Counted from the first letter of the stretch, positions 19,855 through 29,516 are shown. The stretch is DNA of 64,000 nucleotides from an uncultured Acidobacteriota bacterium (GCA_963766895.1 CAVYCB010000011.1:24333-88332); one strand, 5' to 3'. Made by a program: numbers and translations. Notes: generated from the sequence alone by a model not told the origin.

Positions 19855-21015
19855 ATGAGATTTTTTTACCGCTCTAACACCGTCCGGGTACTTTTGGTAA
19901 TTTTCGCACTCTACTCGATCGTCTTTACACAGGCCTCGTGTAGCTCGATTTTGCGCGCCATTAGGAGTCAGAGACCAGCGATTGCCGAAAAACCGGCTGA
20001 CGAGCAATGGGCCGGGCTGGTAGCAATTGACGACGCGAGTCAGCTTGCCGTCGACATGAGAGACGCTCTGCGCAACGGGAACTATCGAGCTATCGAAGCT
20101 GAGATGAAAAAAGCCCGTGAGAGTAAGGATCGGTTTCCCGGTGGCGGATGGAAAATAAAAGTCATCTACGAAGGCCTGGAGGATCCGAAAGAGGCTAATC
20201 TTGCTACTGATAAAGATTGGGCATCGCATCTGGATAGCCTTAAAAAATGGAAACAACAATACCCCGATTCGATCACGGCTTCGACCGCCCTCGCTCAAGC
20301 TCATATAGGTTATGCCTGGCAGGCGCGCGGTTCAGGTTATTCCAACTCCGTGTCCAAAGAAAACTGGAAACTTTTTGATGAGCGCATAGATCAGGCCGAC
20401 CAGCTATTGACGGCGGCGAAAGACCTGCCGGAAAAATGCCCTGAATGGCACCGGCAAAGACTGATCGTGGCACTGGCAAAAGATGCCGGGTACGATGAAT
20501 ACAACGATCTCTTTGAAGAAGCAGTAAAACTCGAGCCGCTATACTTTTATAATTACCGCGAAAAAGCGCGTTATCTTTTACCGCAATGGTCGGGGAAACC
20601 AGGAGAATCGATGAAATTTGCCGCCAAAACCGCCGATAAGATCGGGGGCCAGGAAGGTTCGGCAATGTATTACTTCATCGCATCTGAGATCTTAAAATAT
20701 TCCCAATCCGGCAGATTCGAAAAAACTTCGGATATTTGGCAGCGCCTGAAAAAAGGTTATGAAGATCAGCAAGCTCTGTATGGTGAAAGTAATTATCGCG
20801 ATAATGAATTCGCCTCGTTTGCGATGCACGCCTTTGACCTCGATTCCGCCTGTCCGGTCATGACAAAGATCGGCGACAGAATGGCCGAGAGTATCTGGAA
20901 AAAAGACGCCTTCGACGGCTTTAAAAAGTTTTGCGAGATGAAGATACAGTCAGATGCGAAAAACGCTCAAATAGCAAAAGAAAAGATGCCGCCCGAAAAC
21001 GAGCAGCATCCCTAA
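19855..21015 (+). CDS. hypothetical helical-repeat lipoprotein (possibly DUF4034-like)
   Basis: Signal plus Cys (FTQASCSS) and a helical repeat-like body. The family call rests on weak recollection. Confidence 0.45.
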   Translation: MRFFYRSNTVRVLLVIFALYSIVFTQASCSSILRAIRSQRPAIAEKPADEQWAGLVAIDDASQLAVDMRDALRNGNYRAIEAEMKKARESKDRFPGGGWKIKVIYEGLEDPKEANLATDKDWASHLDSLKKWKQQYPDSITASTALAQAHIGYAWQARGSGYSNSVSKENWKLFDERIDQADQLLTAAKDLPEKCPEWHRQRLIVALAKDAGYDEYNDLFEEAVKLEPLYFYNYREKARYLLPQWSGKPGESMKFAAKTADKIGGQEGSAMYYFIASEILKYSQSGRFEKTSDIWQRLKKGYEDQQALYGESNYRDNEFASFAMHAFDLDSACPVMTKIGDRMAESIWKKDAFDGFKKFCEMKIQSDAKNAQIAKEKMPPENEQHP

Positions 21016-21037
21016 AGTTCAATAGTAGAATTAATAT

Positions 21038-21412
21038 TTACGCTGTGAACGAGGTGCCGCAGCCGCAGCCGCCGGTCGCGTTCGGATTTTCAAACGTAAA
21101 TCCGGAACCCATCATGTTCGACGTGTGATCGATCCTGATGCCGTTCAAATACTGCGTGCTGAACATATCGACAAAAATACGGATGCCGTCCTTGTCGATG
21201 ACATTGTCACCCTGGCGCGAATCTTCCTCGATGTTCAGGCTGTATTGAAAGCCCGAGCATCCGCCCGGAACAACACGTACGCGAAGCCCGGCCGTCTCCG
21301 GCAGATCGTCTTCACTGGATATAAATTTCTTGATCTCTTCGGTCGCGGCCGAAGTAACTTCTAATTCAAATACTGGCGCTGCAACAGCAGACATTAGGTT
21401 GATCTCCTTCAA
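21038..21412 (-). CDS. HesB/IscA-family iron-sulfur cluster insertion protein
   Basis: The GCSGFQY and C-terminal GCGCGTSF motifs are present. Confidence 0.85.
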   Translation of the reverse strand: MKEINLMSAVAAPVFELEVTSAATEEIKKFISSEDDLPETAGLRVRVVPGGCSGFQYSLNIEEDSRQGDNVIDKDGIRIFVDMFSTQYLNGIRIDHTSNMMGSGFTFENPNATGGCGCGTSFTA

Positions 21413-21559
21413 AACGTATAATAGCCGATCCGGACATGTCCGAATCTTTACTTTATTATAAAGTTTATTTAATTTTTGTCAATCAGAATAAAAGAACAGT
21501 ATTAGGTCAGTTTTCGTGTGTTTTCCTGGTTTCAGTCTTTCTCTTTTCTCGACCAGGCT

Positions 21560-22093
21560 CTACAGCGGCCATTTGCCGGTCGTATAAAAATATACCAAAA
21601 CGAGCAAGACAGCGTTGACCGCGGCAGCGCCGCTGGAAACGAGCCAGATGCGATAAGCCTTTAAAGAATCCGCCTGGTACCGGTAACTTTGCATCACACC
21701 CGGATCGCTCGGTTCGCTATTTTCCAGGTCCGGAAACCAAAGTCGAAAGACCGCATAAACGCCCAGCAAGGTTGCGGCAAAAGCGGGCAGAACCAGGAGC
21801 AAACCGCCCCTGGAAAAAAGCAAATTCATTCCCGAAACAATACGTGACAGGAATTCAGGCATCAGCAATACGAATAACCATGAGACGGCGTTCACGACCC
21901 CGGCAGCGATAATTATCCGGCGGCGAAAATACCAGTGCCGCATTTCATCAACCACCGAAGCCAGCTCGCCATAAATTTCCTCTTCGTGGGTTTCTTCATC
22001 AAGATAAGCCGCCGCCGCTTTACCGATCACGGTCTTTCCGTACCTGGAAGACTCGATGCCCTGGGAAAGTTTTTTTCCGATGATCTTATTCAC
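21560..22093 (-). CDS. hypothetical membrane protein
   Basis: 177 aa with about four hydrophobic helices. It lies between the iscA-like and mrp genes. Confidence 0.5.
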   Translation of the reverse strand: MNKIIGKKLSQGIESSRYGKTVIGKAAAAYLDEETHEEEIYGELASVVDEMRHWYFRRRIIIAAGVVNAVSWLFVLLMPEFLSRIVSGMNLLFSRGGLLLVLPAFAATLLGVYAVFRLWFPDLENSEPSDPGVMQSYRYQADSLKAYRIWLVSSGAAAVNAVLLVLVYFYTTGKWPL

Positions 22094-22115
22094 GTTTGCG
22101 GACTTCGAAAAACTG

Positions 22116-23199
22116 TTACTTGGCTTTCGTCAAAATAACGAGTTCCGGTTTCATTGCCTCGATGGAAATTTGCCGCGCGACTTCTTCGGCGACTTTATGA
22201 AAAGCTTTGGCTTGCGGAGAGTCGGGCTGCGAAATGACGACGGGCACGCCGGCGTCGCCGCTTTCGCGGACTTCCATCCCGAGCGGTACTTCGCCGAGGA
22301 AATTGAGCGCATATTCGTCACAAAAAGCCGCGCCGCCCCCTTCGCCGAAAATGTTGTAGCGGTTGCCCGTATCGGGCGCGATAAAATACGACATATTTTC
22401 GATCACACCAAGCACGGGAACATTTACCTGCTCAAACATCTTGTAAGCGCGGCGCACATCGGCGATCGAAACATTTTGCGGCGTGGTCACCAGCACCGCT
22501 CCCTGCACCGGCACCAGCTGCGCCAGCGAAAGCTGTACGTCGCCTGTTCCCGGCGGCATGTCGACGATCAGGTAATCAAGCTCGCCCCAGTCCACATCGG
22601 TCAAAAACTGCCGCACGATCCCGTGCAGCATCGGCCCGCGCAAAACCATCGGTTTATCAGCCGGGGCCAGCACCGCCATCGAAATTATTCTGATGCCGTG
22701 CGCTTCGAGCGGGATCAATTTATTCTGGAAAACTTCGGGCTGCTTGTGAGCGATACCCAGCATCAGCGGAACATTCGGCCCGTACACGTCCGCGTCCATC
22801 AGCCCCACGCTGGCGCCGTCTTTGGCCAGTGCAACTGCCAGGTTCACCGCGACGGTCGATTTCCCCACGCCGCCTTTGCCTGATGAAACCGCGATGATAT
22901 TTTTAACGCCCGGCACGGTGACATTATTAGCTACGCCGCGGCCTTGCGGCACTTCCGCATCCATTGTGACGTTGACGGAGCTGACGCCTTCCAGAGCCGC
23001 CGACAATATTGCGCGCATCCGCTTCCATCTCTTCCTTCACAGGACAAGCCGGAGTGGTCAAAACAATACGGAACGAAACATCGCCGCCTTCGATCTTTAC
23101 ATCTTTAACAAATCCAAGCGTAACGATGTCTTTGCGCAGATCGGGGTCGATGATCTGCTTTAATGAATTTAATACAATTTCTTCGGTAATCTGACTCAT
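22116..23199 (-). pseudogene. mrp: Mrp/ApbC/NBP35-family Fe-S cluster carrier ATPase with N-terminal DUF59 domain, one frameshift as sequenced
   Basis: The DUF59 part is in ORF 22927..23199 (IIDPDLRKDIVTLGFV...TTPACP). The ATPase part is in ORF 22116..23018 (AVSSGKGGVGKST, DMPPGTGD). The junction lies in a gcgcgc run at about 23015. Confidence 0.85.
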
Positions 23200-23202
23200 A
23201 AC

Positions 23203-23423
23203 TTAAGCAGCTAGTCTGCTCTTTACTCTTTCTATTTCCGCTTCCGCGTTCGGAAGTTCTTCACCGTGTCGCCTAGCGGTTTCCAACCACAGTTGTTCTA
23301 CAGTTTGCAGTTCACTTAATGCCTCTTCCAAGGTTTCACCTTGCGCCAGACAGCCTTTTAATGCCGGAATCTCAGCGACATACCCACCTTCTTCAGCAGG
23401 ATAAATAACAAATGGACACGCAA
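23203..23423 (-). pseudogene. second HicB-like antitoxin paralogue (one frameshift, TTG start inferred)
   Basis: Not in the ORF track. The translation is FVIYPAEEGGYVAEIPALKGCLAQGETLEEALSELQTVEQLWLETARRHGEELP...RLAA. A TTG at 23421..23423 becomes in frame if the ttt run at about 23410 is really tttt. The stop is 3 nt upstream of the mrp start. Confidence 0.45.
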
Positions 23424-23432
23424 ATCGAGTAT

Positions 23433-23642
23433 TTATGCCGCTATTATTTGACGACTCGGTTGAGGGATTTCATCGCCAAATTCCTTTGCAGTTTCGATCC
23501 AAAGCTCAACTGCATCTTCGAGATTTTTAACGGCTTCAGCTTGTGTCTGACCGTGTGCCATACACCCCGCCAATTCCGGGGCTGCCGCAACGAAAATCTT
23601 ATCTTGCTCACTCCACGAAATTACTATTTGATACTTGTGCAT
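23433..23642 (-). CDS. hicB: HicB-family antitoxin (UPF0150-type, no DNA-binding domain)
   Basis: YQIVISWSEQDKIFVAAAPELAGCMAHGQTQAEAVKNLEDAVELWIE. It lies 10 nt downstream of hicA. Confidence 0.75.
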   Translation of the reverse strand: MHKYQIVISWSEQDKIFVAAAPELAGCMAHGQTQAEAVKNLEDAVELWIETAKEFGDEIPQPSRQIIAA

Positions 23643-23651
23643 TCGTTATCC

Positions 23652-23900
23652 CTACAGCTCATACTTTCTCAGAATATGCCTGACTTGTCTAACCTGATAT
23701 CCTTTTGCTTTTGTTCCATCCCGCTGAATGTTAGGCTTTTCTCCAATGCCTTCTTTGCGAAAAATGTGATGACTCCCTTTAATTCTCTCCTCGAAGCCCA
23801 AAGATGAAAGAAAGCTTCTCAAATCGTCGAAAGAAATATTAGCATCAGATCTCCCCGATAAAATAGCTTCACGTAATTTATCGAACTTGCTCATCCGCAA
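23652..23900 (-). CDS. hicA: HicA-family mRNA interferase toxin
   Basis: 82 aa with FDDLRSFLSSLGFEERIKGSHHIFRKEG...KAKGYQVRQVRHIL, matching the YcfA/HicA pattern. Confidence 0.8.
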   Translation of the reverse strand: MRMSKFDKLREAILSGRSDANISFDDLRSFLSSLGFEERIKGSHHIFRKEGIGEKPNIQRDGTKAKGYQVRQVRHILRKYEL

Positions 23901-23921
23901 AATTTAACATAACTTTTTGAC

Positions 23922-24518
23922 GTGGATTCAGATAAGTATAAAAATTTTAGCAAATTAGTTAGCGAAGCCCAATGCTGTCAGATCTGCCCCAATCTGCGCG
24001 AGCGTACGGCCGTTTTGAGTGAACTAAACGGTTCGCTAAAACCGAAAGTGATGTTCATCGCCGAAGCGCCCGGCCGCCAAGGCGCCGACCGCACACGAAT
24101 TCCCTTTTCGGGCGATAAGTCCGGCGCAAATTTTGGTGTCTTGCTGGGATCGATCGGTTTGGAACGAAAGGATATTTTTATCACCAACGCCGTGATGTGC
24201 AGCCCGCGCTCTGTTACCGGCGCCAACCGCAAGCCCGCGAAAAGCGAAATAAAAAATTGCTCTTCATTTCTTAAACGGCAGATCGAATTGCTCGCACCAA
24301 AAGTCATGGTCACTATCGGAACTGTCGCGCTTGAGGCTTTGAAAGCTATCGAATACCATGAATTTGTACTGAAAAATGATGTCGGTAAAATTTTGAATTG
24401 GAATGGGCGCAACCTGGTGCCGCTTTATCATCCGAGCCCGCAGGTCGTGATCTCGGTTCGCCGGATGCCGCAGCAGTTAGAAGATTTTCAGATTTTGAAA
24501 AAGGCGTTGGAGATGTAG
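23922..24518 (+). CDS. uracil-DNA glycosylase superfamily protein (family 4-like)
   Basis: CQICPNL...[22 protein letters not shown]...[10 protein letters not shown]...PLYHPSPQ. Confidence 0.8.
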   Translation: MDSDKYKNFSKLVSEAQCCQICPNLRERTAVLSELNGSLKPKVMFIAEAPGRQGADRTRIPFSGDKSGANFGVLLGSIGLERKDIFITNAVMCSPRSVTGANRKPAKSEIKNCSSFLKRQIELLAPKVMVTIGTVALEALKAIEYHEFVLKNDVGKILNWNGRNLVPLYHPSPQVVISVRRMPQQLEDFQILKKALEM

Positions 24519-24592
24519 TCAGTACCGGGAACGTAGTGACCGGCTTGAATTCCATTCGCTTCGGAGCCGGTCACTACGTTCCCGATACTGAC
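24518..24592. repeat. GTCAGTACCGGGAACG-type hairpin repeat
   Basis: gtcagtaccgggaacgtagtgaccggc ... gccggtcactacgttcccgatactgac. Related half-copies lie at 44281..44395. Confidence 0.8.
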
Positions 24593-24615
24593 CCGTTGTA
24601 TCATAGACTCGTAAA

Positions 24616-25500
24616 ATGAACGAAGACTACCAAAAAATTCGCGAAGAAAACACTCCCGCATTTTATAAACAAAAACGCGGCCTGATCTCTGTCTGGGGAA
24701 AAGAAGCCGTGCAGCTTTTAAACGGCCTCATCACCAACGACGTTGCCAAACTGGAGGACGGCGTGCAGATGACGGCGGCGTTTCCAAATGTCCAGGGACG
24801 TTTGGTTGCTTTAGTAAGGGTTTTGAAACAAGGCGAAAAATTTCTTTTTGAAACCGACGAAACCACGCACGAAAAAGTTTTCCAGAATCTACATCGTTTT
24901 ACTTTTGCCGGTGATTTCTTTGTCGAAGACCTGTCAGAACAATACTCGTATTTTGAGGTCCTTAACTCTGACATAGGCTTTCCCAAATCTGAGATCATCA
25001 GTTTCAATGGAAAAATGTCGCAGGATTTTTTTGTTCCCGCCGATTTTGCCGCGTCGTTCGAAAACGATCTGAAAGAAGAAGGCGCGGTCGAAATATCCGA
25101 TGAGCTTTACGAAACTCTCCGCATCGAAAATGGCGTGCCGCGTTATGGCGTCGATATGGATGAGACGACCGTAGTACTGGAAACCGGCCTTGACGAAGCG
25201 GTCAGTTTTACCAAGGGCTGCTACATCGGCCAGGAGATCATCGCCCGCATACATTTTCGCGGCCACGTCGCCAAGCGGCTGTCGGGGTTGATATTTGATG
25301 AAGGGGCTGAGGTTAAGCCAAATGACGAACTGATATCTTCGGAAGGCAAACCCGCCGGCCGCCTTACATCCGTCACCTTTTCACCCAAACTGCAAAAGAC
25401 CATCGCCCTGGCCTATGTCCGCTATGAATTTCTCGCCGAAGAAACCTTGTTAAAAATCGGTGATATTACCGCAAAAGTCACAAAATTCCCCGTCGTTTAA
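24616..25500 (+). CDS. YgfZ/GcvT-like folate-binding protein
   Basis: The KGCYIGQEIIARIHFRGHVAKRLSGL motif and an aminomethyltransferase-like N-terminal half. Confidence 0.8.
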   Translation: MNEDYQKIREENTPAFYKQKRGLISVWGKEAVQLLNGLITNDVAKLEDGVQMTAAFPNVQGRLVALVRVLKQGEKFLFETDETTHEKVFQNLHRFTFAGDFFVEDLSEQYSYFEVLNSDIGFPKSEIISFNGKMSQDFFVPADFAASFENDLKEEGAVEISDELYETLRIENGVPRYGVDMDETTVVLETGLDEAVSFTKGCYIGQEIIARIHFRGHVAKRLSGLIFDEGAEVKPNDELISSEGKPAGRLTSVTFSPKLQKTIALAYVRYEFLAEETLLKIGDITAKVTKFPVV

Positions 25501-25569
25501 ATTGTGCAACAAACACAGCTTTTAATCGTGAAATTATTATTTGAAAATACAATTTATAAAGATACGGCG

Positions 25570-26505
25570 ATGAAATTATCCAAACTGGTCTTAACTGCAT
25601 TACTAACTGCCATTTTTGCAATACTTACGAGCGCCCAGGAAGCTCAGGACGGATCGCAGGAATATACCCCGGAAGATTATAACCGGATCGAAAACACGAC
25701 CCGGGTCAGCGAATTTGGACCTGTCGGCGATATCGAACGGCGAAAACTGCTGGATAATTTCCTGATCGAGCTCAAAAATAACCCGGGAACCACCGGTTAT
25801 ATCGTTTTTTACCAGGGCAAAGACGCTCTGCCGTCACAGTACGGGTTCAAAGGCGAAGACCTCTATCTTCCCCATATCCGGTTCAAAAATTACGAAGAAA
25901 GCAGCATTGTGTTCATTAACGCATTTCGCGAACGCCAGGCTACCGAATTCTGGATCGTGCCAAATGGAGGCAAACTGCCCGCGCTCACCGCAGTTATAGC
26001 GCCGTTCGAAGCGCCTAAAATCGATACGTTCCTCTTTCATCGCAGCCATTTCGATATTACCGCCGACGAATTTTTGCTGCCGAGCGCTATCGAAGCGCGC
26101 GAGCTCAGCCGGGAAGAATACCTGCGCGACAACGGTGATTTTGTCAGCGCCGAGGAAGAAACAATTCCCGCCGTGAACGAAAAAACCCCGGGCGAAACCA
26201 ACGCCGAAGCTTTTTCCCGCGCCGGTTACGAATTCGCGCAAAAGTTCAAAGCTGATCCCGAGGGCCACGGTGTCCTCATCGTCTATGCCGACGACAAAAT
26301 GTTCGACGTGAAAAAAATCGCCGCCGATATGCGCAGCCGCGCCGCCGGCATGGCCGCCGAGATGGGGATCGCGCCCAATAAATTAGAAGTCGTTTTCGGC
26401 GGTTACCGCCGCGGTATCGAAATTGAAATGTGGGTGGTGCCTACTAAAGCCGCCAAAGCCCCTCTCGTTAAACCGGCCCAGCCGCAGGCAAACGTAGCCG
26501 ACTAG
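25570..26505 (+). CDS. hypothetical secreted two-module protein (paralogue A)
   Basis: I prefer the internal ATG at 25570 because it is followed by a signal peptide (MKLSKLVLTALLTAIFAILTSAQE). Paralogous to 26798..27787. Confidence 0.6.
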   Translation: MKLSKLVLTALLTAIFAILTSAQEAQDGSQEYTPEDYNRIENTTRVSEFGPVGDIERRKLLDNFLIELKNNPGTTGYIVFYQGKDALPSQYGFKGEDLYLPHIRFKNYEESSIVFINAFRERQATEFWIVPNGGKLPALTAVIAPFEAPKIDTFLFHRSHFDITADEFLLPSAIEARELSREEYLRDNGDFVSAEEETIPAVNEKTPGETNAEAFSRAGYEFAQKFKADPEGHGVLIVYADDKMFDVKKIAADMRSRAAGMAAEMGIAPNKLEVVFGGYRRGIEIEMWVVPTKAAKAPLVKPAQPQANVAD

Positions 26506-26599
26506 TCGGTGGGATAAGTGCATATAAAGGGTATCTCAGGAGGCGATCCTGAGATACCTTTTTTTCTTTCTAGTCTTCATAAATAAAATGCGGGTAAAC

Positions 26600-26716
26600 C
26601 TGGGAGCGCAGGCGTCCGGCCTGCAAAAGATCGCGCAGCGATCTAAAACATTCTTTTATTTAATAATTTATTTAGCGTGAAAGATCGCGCTTGCAGGCGG
26701 AAGCCTGCGCTCCCAG
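26600..26716. repeat. inverted-repeat (REP/MITE-like) element
   Basis: ctgggagcgcaggcgtccggcctgcaa ... ttgcaggcggaagcctgcgctcccag around an AT-rich centre. Confidence 0.7.
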
Positions 26717-26797
26717 CTTAACGCTGCTCTCTACTTGAACGGTTTCCGGCACAATCTTTGTCTTAATGTTTCGTGAAGTAACTAATTCATCTGCCGG

Positions 26798-27787
26798 GTG
26801 ATAATTATGACGCGAAAAACATTTTTGTTCGTCCTGCTAAGTCTAAGTATAATAGCGCTTTCACACCTTCCAGCCACTGCCCAGGAAGAAGCGGCGGCGG
26901 CCGACGCGGATAATCCAGCTAAGCCAAGTATATCCAGAAAAACAGATGAATTCGGACGTGTTGGCGAATGCCAGCGCTCAGCCCGCATGGATAATTTTTT
27001 GGTCGAGCTAATGCAAGAGCCCGAATCGCGCGGCTACATAATTTTTTATTTGGGAAAAGACGCTCTTCCTCTGGAGCGTGAGGTTCGGGGAAGCCGGCTT
27101 TATCTTGCTTATCTTAAAATGCGGCAATTCGATGAAAGCAGGATCACTTTGGTGACCGCTTACCGGGAAGTAGAAACCACCGAGCTATGGATCGTTCCCC
27201 CCGGCGGCGAAATTCCGCACCCCTCCGATGCGCTCGAAGCCCCGACGCTTCCGGCAAATGAAACTTATTTATTTGATAGAAAGTACCTGGGACCGTCTGA
27301 AGAGTGGGGCGGCATGGACACATTCGAGCTGCAAAGTGTGATCGATGAACGCGAGCGCGAGATCCAGCAATCCAATAGCGAGCAGGAGGATCTCGCGACG
27401 GAAAACGACGAACCGGTGATCGAGCCTGTCGAACCGCCGGCCCCCGAACCAGCAGAAGAAGAAATACCCGCGCCGGAAGAGACATTCTATTGGCTCAGTT
27501 CTTCTTTTATCGATAAGGTCAAAGCTGACCAGGACAATAAGGGGATAATTATTTTCTATCTTGATGAGGAAACTTACGATCTGCAAAAAGTTCGTGCTCA
27601 TATTGAAAAGGCCATCGAGAAAACCTCGCTGGAACAAAAAATAGAGGCCGGCCGCTTCGAGATAATTTTCGGCGGTTACCGGCAATGGGTGATCGCCGAA
27701 ATGTGGATCGTCCCCAAAAGCGGCCGCGTACCGGAGCTCGCGCCGGAGGAGCGTACGGCAAAAGAACCTGCTACAATCGACCAGTAG
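26798..27787 (+). CDS. hypothetical secreted two-module protein (paralogue B)
   Basis: Has a signal peptide. It shares NFL-EL...GYI-FY-GKDALP...E-WIVP-GG with the upstream gene and has an acidic Pro/Glu linker. Confidence 0.6.
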   Translation: MIIMTRKTFLFVLLSLSIIALSHLPATAQEEAAAADADNPAKPSISRKTDEFGRVGECQRSARMDNFLVELMQEPESRGYIIFYLGKDALPLEREVRGSRLYLAYLKMRQFDESRITLVTAYREVETTELWIVPPGGEIPHPSDALEAPTLPANETYLFDRKYLGPSEEWGGMDTFELQSVIDEREREIQQSNSEQEDLATENDEPVIEPVEPPAPEPAEEEIPAPEETFYWLSSSFIDKVKADQDNKGIIIFYLDEETYDLQKVRAHIEKAIEKTSLEQKIEAGRFEIIFGGYRQWVIAEMWIVPKSGRVPELAPEERTAKEPATIDQ

Positions 27788-27789
27788 AT

Positions 27790-28083
27790 ATGAACGTTAC
27801 TCAACTGGAAATGCCCGATTCGCGCGACATAGATCTGGCCAATGCGAAGCTTGCCTATACCATTATCGATTCCCTGCTGCAGCATAATGAAACGCTCGGC
27901 GACCTGATCGCCGCCATGGCGCAGGCGCTTGACGAAGATACGCAGCAGGCCCTGACCGCGACCAACCAGTGGGAAAACTACCTGGAAAGCCGCCGCGGGC
28001 TGGAAACAACCAAGCTCCAGATCGAAAAATTCGTCGAAGAGTTAAAAAAACTCGAAGAATCTTCGGAAACCGCCGCAGATTAA
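27790..28083 (+). CDS. small hypothetical helical protein
   Basis: The ATG at 27790 is 3 nt after the upstream stop. The longer 27685 start would overlap the preceding gene. Confidence 0.4.
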   Translation: MNVTQLEMPDSRDIDLANAKLAYTIIDSLLQHNETLGDLIAAMAQALDEDTQQALTATNQWENYLESRRGLETTKLQIEKFVEELKKLEESSETAAD

Positions 28084-28150
28084 GCATTTAGATTCATATA
28101 GGAACAGCGGAAGGTCAGCGCGCAAGCGGAAGAGTTGGACGGGGTCTTAG

Positions 28151-28190
28151 ACCTCGACTGCCGAAAGGCAGTCGAGGTGTTTTTATTTTT
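28151..28190 (+). terminator. rho-independent terminator
   Basis: acctcgactgcc-gaaa-ggcagtcgaggt followed by gtttttattttt. Confidence 0.8.
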
Positions 28191-28565
28191 AAGTTGTGTT
28201 TCATAGTTTCAGGATGACTATCGTGATGAGGTCAGAACCACGAATCACACTGAACGACACCAACAAATCCCGTATTCATTGGTCGCTCTAACTTCTTAAA
28301 AATTCAACCATTTACACTTCTTATGAAAACCATCGTAGTTATTTATACTTTTCCGCGCTTGCAATTCTCGTCCAAATAAGTAAAATTTATTACAGGATAA
28401 ATTTCTTAATCCAATAATCAAGATAATCAGTCAGTTGTTGAGGACCCTTAAAACGGGAAACTTTCTGGAACGTTGGTGTTTTTAAGAGTTTATTACTATT
28501 GGATCAGGTCTGATCCGTCTCACGGCATCCTCAGCCGCCAAAATAAGACTTAGGAGTTAAACTTA

Positions 28566-29231
28566 GTGAATTTTAATAGACTGTTCCGCCTGCCCGTCTT
28601 CTTGTGTGTTTTACTGCTCTGTGGCGTTGTTACAGGGCTTGCTCAAGCTGAAAGGCCGCGATTAGTTAAAAAATCATCATCATCCCAGCCGCTCAATGCG
28701 CCGCCTCAGGCTGTTTATGGCGCTCCTAATCAAAACTCCAATTATCGTCCGCCGCTGGTAACCAAGATCGTCATGAAACCGGGCAATGAGCCGGTAGCGG
28801 TGTCGAAAGCCAAAACCATTATGTCGGAGCCCATGTCGGCGCCGATGTCATCCGCCATGATCGCGGTCAATTCCAAATTGATGAACGGGATCCAATCCCG
28901 CCTGGGAATTCCCTACAATTACGGCAGCACCGGCCCGAATTATTACGATTGCTCGGGATTTGTCTGGAGCGTTTTTCAGGGTGCGGGTTTTAGTTTTGAA
29001 AGAAGCAGCGCCCACACTTACTGGAACACTTTTGAGCCGGTCTATGGTGACGACAGGTACAAATTCGGTACGCTGGTTTTCTTAAATGGCCTGGGCCATA
29101 TGGGAATCGTCGCCGATGAAAAAGGTTTTTATCACGCCTCGAGCAGCAAAGGCATCACCTATTCCCCGTTTGCGGGATACTGGGAAAAACGGGTCGTGGG
29201 ATTCCGCCGCGTGCCGCTGAAAACCAACTAA
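28566..29231 (+). CDS. NlpC/P60 (C40) cell-wall peptidase
   Basis: YNYGSTGPNYYDCSGFVWSVF...GHMGIV...YHAS catalytic Cys/His pattern, a signal peptide and a GTG start. Confidence 0.85.
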   Translation: MNFNRLFRLPVFLCVLLLCGVVTGLAQAERPRLVKKSSSSQPLNAPPQAVYGAPNQNSNYRPPLVTKIVMKPGNEPVAVSKAKTIMSEPMSAPMSSAMIAVNSKLMNGIQSRLGIPYNYGSTGPNYYDCSGFVWSVFQGAGFSFERSSAHTYWNTFEPVYGDDRYKFGTLVFLNGLGHMGIVADEKGFYHASSSKGITYSPFAGYWEKRVVGFRRVPLKTN

Positions 29232-29257
29232 AAAATCTTAAAGTAGTTAATAAGAAA

Positions 29258-29290
29258 GCGGCTTGATTTGTATCAGGCCGCTTTTCTTTT
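29258..29290 (+). terminator. rho-independent terminator
   Basis: gcggcttgat-ttgt-atcaggccgc followed by ttttctttt. Confidence 0.6.
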
Positions 29291-29360
29291 ATTCGTGTAC
29301 TTCGTGGCTAATTCTCAAGCTCCCCTCCTTACAAAGGAGCAATGACGGGGTGGTTCTTTC
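29291..29360. repeat. composite repeat (ttcgtg half-site plus CTCCCCTCCTTAC-AAGGAG element)
   Basis: attcgtgtacttcgtggctaattctcaagctcccctccttacaaaggag...ggggtggttc. The same junction occurs at 39117.. and, inverted, at 40290..40330. Confidence 0.75.
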
Positions 29361-29376
29361 TGGTTAATTTTTCTTT

Positions 29377-29516
29377 ATAAATTGCCATTAGCTTCAGCTA
29401 GTGGTTTATGGAGCGTTAGCTGTTATCGGGCTTTAGCCCAATTACTGACCTTTGGGCTAAAGCCCGTTATGTAATTTATTTCTTATACCCACTAGCTAAA
29501 GCTAGTGGCAATTTAT
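29377..29516. repeat. nested palindromic element
   Basis: Outer arms ataaattgccattagcttcagctagtgg / ccactagctaaagctagtggcaatttat. Inner arms gggctttagccca / tgggctaaagccc. Confidence 0.7.

Noticed and set aside
22056-22883. Long antisense ORFs. Examples are 22056..22883, 52215..53168, 32516..33280, 37270..37851, 8382..9032, 43470..43997, 44625..45458 and 46026..46523.
   Set aside because: Each lies opposite a confidently assigned gene in GC-rich sequence. Their products are Arg/Gly/His-rich low-complexity translations with no recognisable motifs.
28390-28565. c-di-AMP (ydaO-type) riboswitch in the long leader of the NlpC/P60 gene
   Set aside because: The context is suggestive, since such genes are often ydaO-regulated. 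However, I could not find the conserved GGGGUGAAUCC or GUCAGCUAACCUCGUAAGC-type segments, only a weak gaggaccc match.
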